Source: a virus
Taxonomy: Duplodnaviria; Caudoviricetes
Strand: one strand, 5' to 3'
IMG/VR virus record: IMGVR_UViG_3300032001_000035
Location: 1-28,602 of that record
Length of the DNA stretch: 28,602 nt
The stretch's first letter is position 1. Each line of letters begins with the position of its first letter. Both the position numbers and the translations under genes were made by a program. The notes under the pieces are model-generated. The model did not search any database. It was not told where the DNA came from and saw nothing but the letters and a program-made list of their open reading frames with translations. Shown one piece after another: positions 24,621 to 28,602 of this stretch.

Positions 24621-24895
24621 GCCGCGCTCCCAGTGTCCGCGTGCTCCCAGGCGGTGATGACCCAGTCGAGAAGCGACGGGCTGTTCGCGTCGAGGGTGAT
24701 CCCGCAGCCCATGCCGTCCGCGTGGTGCACACGGGTGGCCCAGGAGCGGCGCTCGTCGGACAGGAACGCGTGCCACCCGGGGTGGCGGTCTTCCACGGCG
24801 GCGAGTTCGGCGAGGAGTTGCTCGTCGGCGCGCGTGTCGGTGAGGACGCCGCGCGGCGCGCGCCCTGGCTGGTGCTGGTGGTCTGCCGGTCCCAT
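24617..24895 (-). CDS. Hypothetical protein
   Basis: 92 aa; RBS AAGGGGAG. Confidence 0.65.
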   Translation of the reverse strand: MGPADHQHQPGRAPRGVLTDTRADEQLLAELAAVEDRHPGWHAFLSDERRSWATRVHHADGMGCGITLDANSPSLLDWVITAWEHADTGSAA

Positions 24896-24929
24896 CTGTT
24901 ACGCTCCCCTTACTTGATCGGTTGTGGTT

Positions 24930-24964
24930 GGAGCCGGGCCCCGGGGAAGACGGGGCCCGGTTCC
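24930..24964. terminator. GC-rich hairpin in the early operon (terminator/attenuator candidate)
   Basis: GGAGCCGGGCCCCG-N7-CGGGGCCCGGTTCC, intergenic; T-rich tail only on the + strand. Confidence 0.5.
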
Positions 24965-24968
24965 GCTT

Positions 24969-25103
24969 TTACGCGGCCCGCGTGTCCCGCGTGTACGGGG
25001 CGAGGATCGCCGCGGTGAGGTCGGCCTGGTCTTGATCCATGGGCCCGTCATGGTCGGCGAGCGCGGCGGCGCGGACCTCCTCCACGGTCCTGCAAGTGGT
25101 CAT
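24969..25103 (-). CDS. Small hypothetical protein (44 aa)
   Basis: ATGA-coupled to the Xis/Cro-like gene; MTTCRTVEEVRAAALADHDGPMDQDQADLTAAILAPYTRDTRAA. Confidence 0.55.
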   Translation of the reverse strand: MTTCRTVEEVRAAALADHDGPMDQDQADLTAAILAPYTRDTRAA

Positions 25104-25309
25104 GACGCGGCCCGCCTGCTGTCCGGCTTCACCCGGTTGCGGCGGATGTACGCCTTGATGTCGCTCTCGGTGAACCGCAGCTCGCCGAACGGGCTGGCGG
25201 TGATCCTCATCGCCCGCAGGTCACCTCTGGCGACCAGCCGCGATATGGTCCGCGTGGTGATGCCGAGCAGGTCGCAGACCTCCGTCGAGGTGAGCAATTT
25301 TTCGGGCAC
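25100..25309 (-). CDS. Xis/MerR-type HTH protein in the Cro position
   Basis: LLTSTEVCDLLGITTRTISRLVARGDLRAMR...LRFTESDIKAYI; divergent from the repressor. Confidence 0.85.
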   Translation of the reverse strand: MPEKLLTSTEVCDLLGITTRTISRLVARGDLRAMRITASPFGELRFTESDIKAYIRRNRVKPDSRRAAS

Positions 25310-25486
25310 TTTTCAGTCGCTCCCGTGATGACGTGTGGTGTCCTGTGACAAGACACTCTAGGACTGTGGCGGTCGCATCCGCAAGCCAAAGCAGGACATA
25401 AGAAGATACCGGTTAAGTCCTGTAACGTCCTATGGTGGCCATCTGTGGCCTTGCGTGTCCGGTTTTGGCCGGTCATCATGAAGGCC
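25310..25486. promoter_or_regulatory. Divergent promoter/operator region of the lysis-lysogeny switch
   Basis: Minus strand TTGCGG-N18-TAGAGT (25384-25355); plus strand TTGCGT-N17-CATCAT (25451-25479); repeated GTCCT/AGGAC units. Confidence 0.65.
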
Positions 25487-25819
25487 ATGGCCGTTGCTGA
25501 CCTGGGTTTGCGCATCCGCCGGGCGCGGGAGGCCAAGCGCCTGCGCGGGCAGCCGTGGACACAGGAGCACCTGGCGGCCCTGCTCGGGGTGAGCGTCCGC
25601 AGCGTCGGCCGGTGGGAACGCGAGGGCACCGTCCCCCGCAACGCCATCGGCGCGCTCGAGCAGGTCCTCGGGGTGGACCTGTCCAGCGCGGAGGAGCCGG
25701 ACCCGGTGGAGCAGGAGCTGCGCGACATCGTGGAGCGGATGCCCGGCAGATCACCGCAGGAACGGCAGCAGTATCTCGACCTGTACCGCGAACAGCGCGC
25801 CCGCGGGCGCGCTGGGTAA
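25487..25819 (+). CDS. XRE-family immunity repressor
   Basis: LGLRIRRARE...WTQEHLAALLGVSVRSVGRWEREGTVP; ATG 25487 is 7 nt after the -10 box. Confidence 0.88.
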   Translation: MAVADLGLRIRRAREAKRLRGQPWTQEHLAALLGVSVRSVGRWEREGTVPRNAIGALEQVLGVDLSSAEEPDPVEQELRDIVERMPGRSPQERQQYLDLYREQRARGRAG

Positions 25820-25858
25820 GCCCCGCGTCACATCCACCCGTATGAGGGGGGACCTTGC

Positions 25859-26908
25859 ATGGCTGATGACGGCCACAGTGCGTCACGCGATGGCATCAGA
25901 GTGCCAGAAGACCGCAAGCGGGACATCTGGGACATCCTCGCCTGGCAGCAGCAGCAGCTGGAGGAAGTAGTCCAGCGCGTCGATGATGCGGTGCGGCTGC
26001 GGGAGATCCTGTCCGCCGCCGGGAGTTCCAGTCCCGGGTTCCCGGCCATGCCGCCGCGGCGGCGGAAACGGGACCGGCATGGGATGCGGGTGATCCCCGG
26101 CGGCCTCGCCGCCCTGATCGTGGCGCCCCTGGGGTGGCTGCTGCGCCCCGCCGCCCGCCGCACCGCCGCCGCCGCGCTGGCCGTCGCCGTCGGCGGCGCG
26201 ACGGTGGCCGGCCCGGAGCTAATCCCCGGCCCCCCGGCCGCGCACGCGGCGGTCGCCGACCACGACGGGCACCGGCACGCCGAACCGCGGCGGCACCGGG
26301 AGGAGCTGGCCGGGCTGCCGCCGCTGACCGGGCGGCGCCGGTGGCAGTGGGCGCGGCACCGCTCAGCGGCCGGTGACCCGGACGTCTTCGGTGCGAAAAC
26401 CCGGGCCCCGTTTCGACGCGGGCAGCACCACCACCGTGAACAACGCGGCCACCAGCGCCCGCCGCGTCCCCAGCGGCAGGGCATCCCACTGCGGCCGGGT
26501 GATCCCCGCGTGCGCGCCGAGCAGCCGCGCGCTGGCGTTCCCCGCTGCCAGCTCCCGCAGCTGCGCGATCCGCTTGTCGATCGCGTCGAGGCGGTCCAGC
26601 AGCGCATCCACGTGGCCGCCGCGCGACGGGTCGCGCACCCGTTCCTCCGTCGCCGCGCGCTCGATAGTGAGCATGCGCAGCTCGGCCGCCAGTCCTTTGT
26701 TTTCCAGTACCCGACCCGGCGGGTTCGCCGGGTCGCCCAGCTTCTTCAGGACCCGAGTGATCACGTACTCATCAAGCAGTTCCATCGACCGCTGCACCTT
26801 GCGGCAGCCATGTTTGACGCACCCGTACCCGGTGAGGTGCGTGCGCCGCGACTCCACCCGGACCTGAAGCCCCGACCCGCATTCGGAACACTTGGCGATG
26901 CCGGATAG
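25859..26908 (+). CDS. Membrane protein downstream of repressor (3' half antisense to integrase, probably not functional)
   Basis: RBS GAGGGGG; coiled-coil N-terminus and hydrophobic segments up to about 26230; no stop until 26908. Confidence 0.5.
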   Translation: MADDGHSASRDGIRVPEDRKRDIWDILAWQQQQLEEVVQRVDDAVRLREILSAAGSSSPGFPAMPPRRRKRDRHGMRVIPGGLAALIVAPLGWLLRPAARRTAAAALAVAVGGATVAGPELIPGPPAAHAAVADHDGHRHAEPRRHREELAGLPPLTGRRRWQWARHRSAAGDPDVFGAKTRAPFRRGQHHHREQRGHQRPPRPQRQGIPLRPGDPRVRAEQPRAGVPRCQLPQLRDPLVDRVEAVQQRIHVAAARRVAHPFLRRRALDSEHAQLGRQSFVFQYPTRRVRRVAQLLQDPSDHVLIKQFHRPLHLAAAMFDAPVPGEVRAPRLHPDLKPRPAFGTLGDAG

Positions 26909-27730
26909 CAGATACCGCCGTGCGTTGGTGGTGTAGCTGAACCCGGCCGCTTTCGCCGCGAGCACCGCGCCGACCGCTTCCCAGGTTTCCTGGTCGAGGA
27001 CCGGCGGCCACGCAGCGGGGTGGACGCCGTCGGGCATCAGCCCCGCATACCGGGGCCGGGCAAGCATCTTCCGCAGGGTGCCATGAGTGAACGGATTGCC
27101 TGCCGGGGTGTGATGCCCGCGGGCGGTCAGGTCCCGGGCGATCTGCCCGGCGGACTCCCCGGCCAGGACGCGCCGGGCCGCATCCTGGATAACGGCGACC
27201 TCGGCGGCCACCAGGCTGACGCCGTCGGTGGCGAATCCGTAAGCGCGCCCGCCGCGCCCGCCGGGGCGCACGCGGCCCTCCCGCCGCCACCGCTCGTACT
27301 GCATCTTGCGGCGGCGGCTCGTCGCCGCTGACTCCTTACGGTAGACGTTGGCCTCGATGCCGAGCGTGAACTGGTCATCGTCGTCGTTCAGGTCGCGGAC
27401 CCCGGTCCCGGAGGCGAGCTTGATTCCCCGCGTGCGCGACAAGGCAATCAGGATCTCCAGGTCCATCGGCTGCCGGGTCAGGCGGTCGCCGTGGTAGACG
27501 ACGATGGCGTTGATCTTGCCGGCCTCGATGTCGGCGAGCATCCGGTCCCAGGCTGGCCGCTTGCGGTTGTGCCGCCACGCCGACCGGTTGTTGTCCTGGT
27601 AGACCTCCACGACTTCCCAGCCCAGCCGCTCCGCGGTAGCCCGGCACAGGCGCTCCTGGTCGTCAACCTTGGTGGTGTCGTCCATGCTCGCCAGGCTCAT
27701 GCGGCAGTAGACGGCCGCGCGGATGGTCAT
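26363..27730 (-). CDS. int: Large serine recombinase (integrase)
   Basis: AAVYCRMS catalytic motif, YQDNNRSA, RPAWDRML, DRLTR, AYGF recombinase domain, LLSGIAKCSECG Zn ribbon, coiled coil. Confidence 0.95.
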   Translation of the reverse strand: MTIRAAVYCRMSLASMDDTTKVDDQERLCRATAERLGWEVVEVYQDNNRSAWRHNRKRPAWDRMLADIEAGKINAIVVYHGDRLTRQPMDLEILIALSRTRGIKLASGTGVRDLNDDDDQFTLGIEANVYRKESAATSRRRKMQYERWRREGRVRPGGRGGRAYGFATDGVSLVAAEVAVIQDAARRVLAGESAGQIARDLTARGHHTPAGNPFTHGTLRKMLARPRYAGLMPDGVHPAAWPPVLDQETWEAVGAVLAAKAAGFSYTTNARRYLLSGIAKCSECGSGLQVRVESRRTHLTGYGCVKHGCRKVQRSMELLDEYVITRVLKKLGDPANPPGRVLENKGLAAELRMLTIERAATEERVRDPSRGGHVDALLDRLDAIDKRIAQLRELAAGNASARLLGAHAGITRPQWDALPLGTRRALVAALFTVVVLPASKRGPGFRTEDVRVTGR

Positions 27731-28075
27731 GACAGGTTTCCGCAGGTGAGGACGCGGTTTTGGTCGCTCTGCGTAGTCATTTTCCCATTGTAAAACTCAT
27801 GGGATATGAGAGGTTCCATGTCCTGCGATTAACGGACACTGGTCACAGGCCCGGGAAACGCCCCAAAAGTGCCCTCTGACCTCGCCAGTCACACGAAAAC
27901 GGTCACGCACCGTGAGAAAACTACGGACGGTGACGAGGGCTCATCTTCGCTCAGTTCCAGCCACCGGTAACCCTCCAGAGCATTTCGGCTGCCTTCAGCC
28001 GCCGGTGACAGACCATTCGCAAGGTTCTCCTTGTCTGGTAAATTAAAGCATCATGCGCGAATACACCTGCCAGGG

Positions 28076-28333
28076 ATGAGCAAAATGATCGTATGTGTCT
28101 ATTGCGGCCGACGCGGAGAACGGGGCTTTGTCGTCTCATCCGGCAACCCCGACCTGCGCTATGGGCAGACCACCTGGTGCTGCCAGAGCGCACGCGCCTG
28201 CGAGCGGCGTCAGCGCAAAGCCGAGGAGGTGATGTTCCGTGACAACATGGCCGCCTCCGACGACGAGTCCATACGATCCGAACGTGTTACTGCGCGGAGC
28301 CGGGTGACCTTCGACCTGGACTCCGCGCTCTGA
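28076..28333 (+). CDS. Small Cys-rich (CxxC...CCxxxxxC) hypothetical protein
   Basis: MSKMIVCVYCGRRGERGF...WCCQSARACERRQR. Confidence 0.55.
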   Translation: MSKMIVCVYCGRRGERGFVVSSGNPDLRYGQTTWCCQSARACERRQRKAEEVMFRDNMAASDDESIRSERVTARSRVTFDLDSAL

Positions 28334-28379
28334 GCAGGCAAGCTTCGCCCGTCGCATGCCAAGCGGTACACTTGGGCGG

Positions 28380-28462
28380 TGCCCCCGGCGGGATTCGAAC
28401 CCGCAATCCTTGGCAGGACCGGCTCCGCAAGGCCGGCGCGATTCCAATTTCGCTACGGGGGC
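28380..28462 (-). tRNA. Atypical class II tRNA, Leu-like body, 8-nt anticodon loop CUUGCGGA
   Basis: GCCCCCG/CGGGGGC acceptor stem, A73, GCGA/TCGC D stem with GG loop, CCGGC/GCCGG anticodon stem, TCCT-GCCA-AGGA variable arm, GCGGG-TTCGAAT-CCCGC T arm; followed by CCG, so CCA is not encoded. Confidence 0.85.
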
Positions 28463-28602
28463 TGAGGACGAGGCTCCTGCCGGGTTACCCCGCAGGAGCC
28501 CGTCTATCTCCCGCCCCGTTCAAGGCGGAACGGTTGAGCCGCCACCATCGCCCACGTTCGGCGTGGTCCAAGTCAACAGGCTCATCCTCGCCGTCACACG
28601 AG

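Noticed and set aside
28380-28462. tRNA as the integration site (attB/attR)
   Set aside because: The integrase is a serine recombinase, which does not typically use tRNA 3' duplications; the tRNA is about 650 bp away and no duplicated fragment is visible in the window.
1-28602. CRISPR array, rRNA, IS element, reverse transcriptase/DGR, lysis cassette
   Set aside because: No repeat-spacer periodicity or diagnostic motifs seen; lysis and distal tail genes presumably lie beyond the left edge.

Overview
High-GC, actinobacterial-type temperate siphovirus (prophage or phage contig). Almost all genes are on the minus strand. Reading right to left: an odd tRNA and a small Cys-rich ORF beyond a large serine integrase; the immunity switch (XRE repressor and Xis/Cro-like HTH); the early region (orphan C5 methyltransferase, Bet/RecT recombinase, HTH gene with an internal palindrome, VRR-NUC, Rep-like initiator, lipoprotein HNH-type nuclease); a putative late regulator; packaging genes (HNH, candidate cos, TerS, TerL, portal); a multidomain prohead protease and an HK97-fold capsid; an unusually long block of head-associated accessory genes (beta-sandwich proteins, GT2-type glycosyltransferase, beta-helix fibre); connector, tail genes, frameshifted tail chaperone and the start of the tape measure. 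The most striking observations are: (1) a class II, Leu-like tRNA with an 8-nt anticodon loop (CUUGCGGA) under a structured leader; (2) the capsid decoration/glycosylation block; (3) a decayed HNH homing endonuclease next to a synonymously atypical capsid 3' end and an antisense RHH/HTH pair; (4) several apparent frameshift or fusion junctions. All product calls come from motif recognition and gene order by eye; no searches were run.
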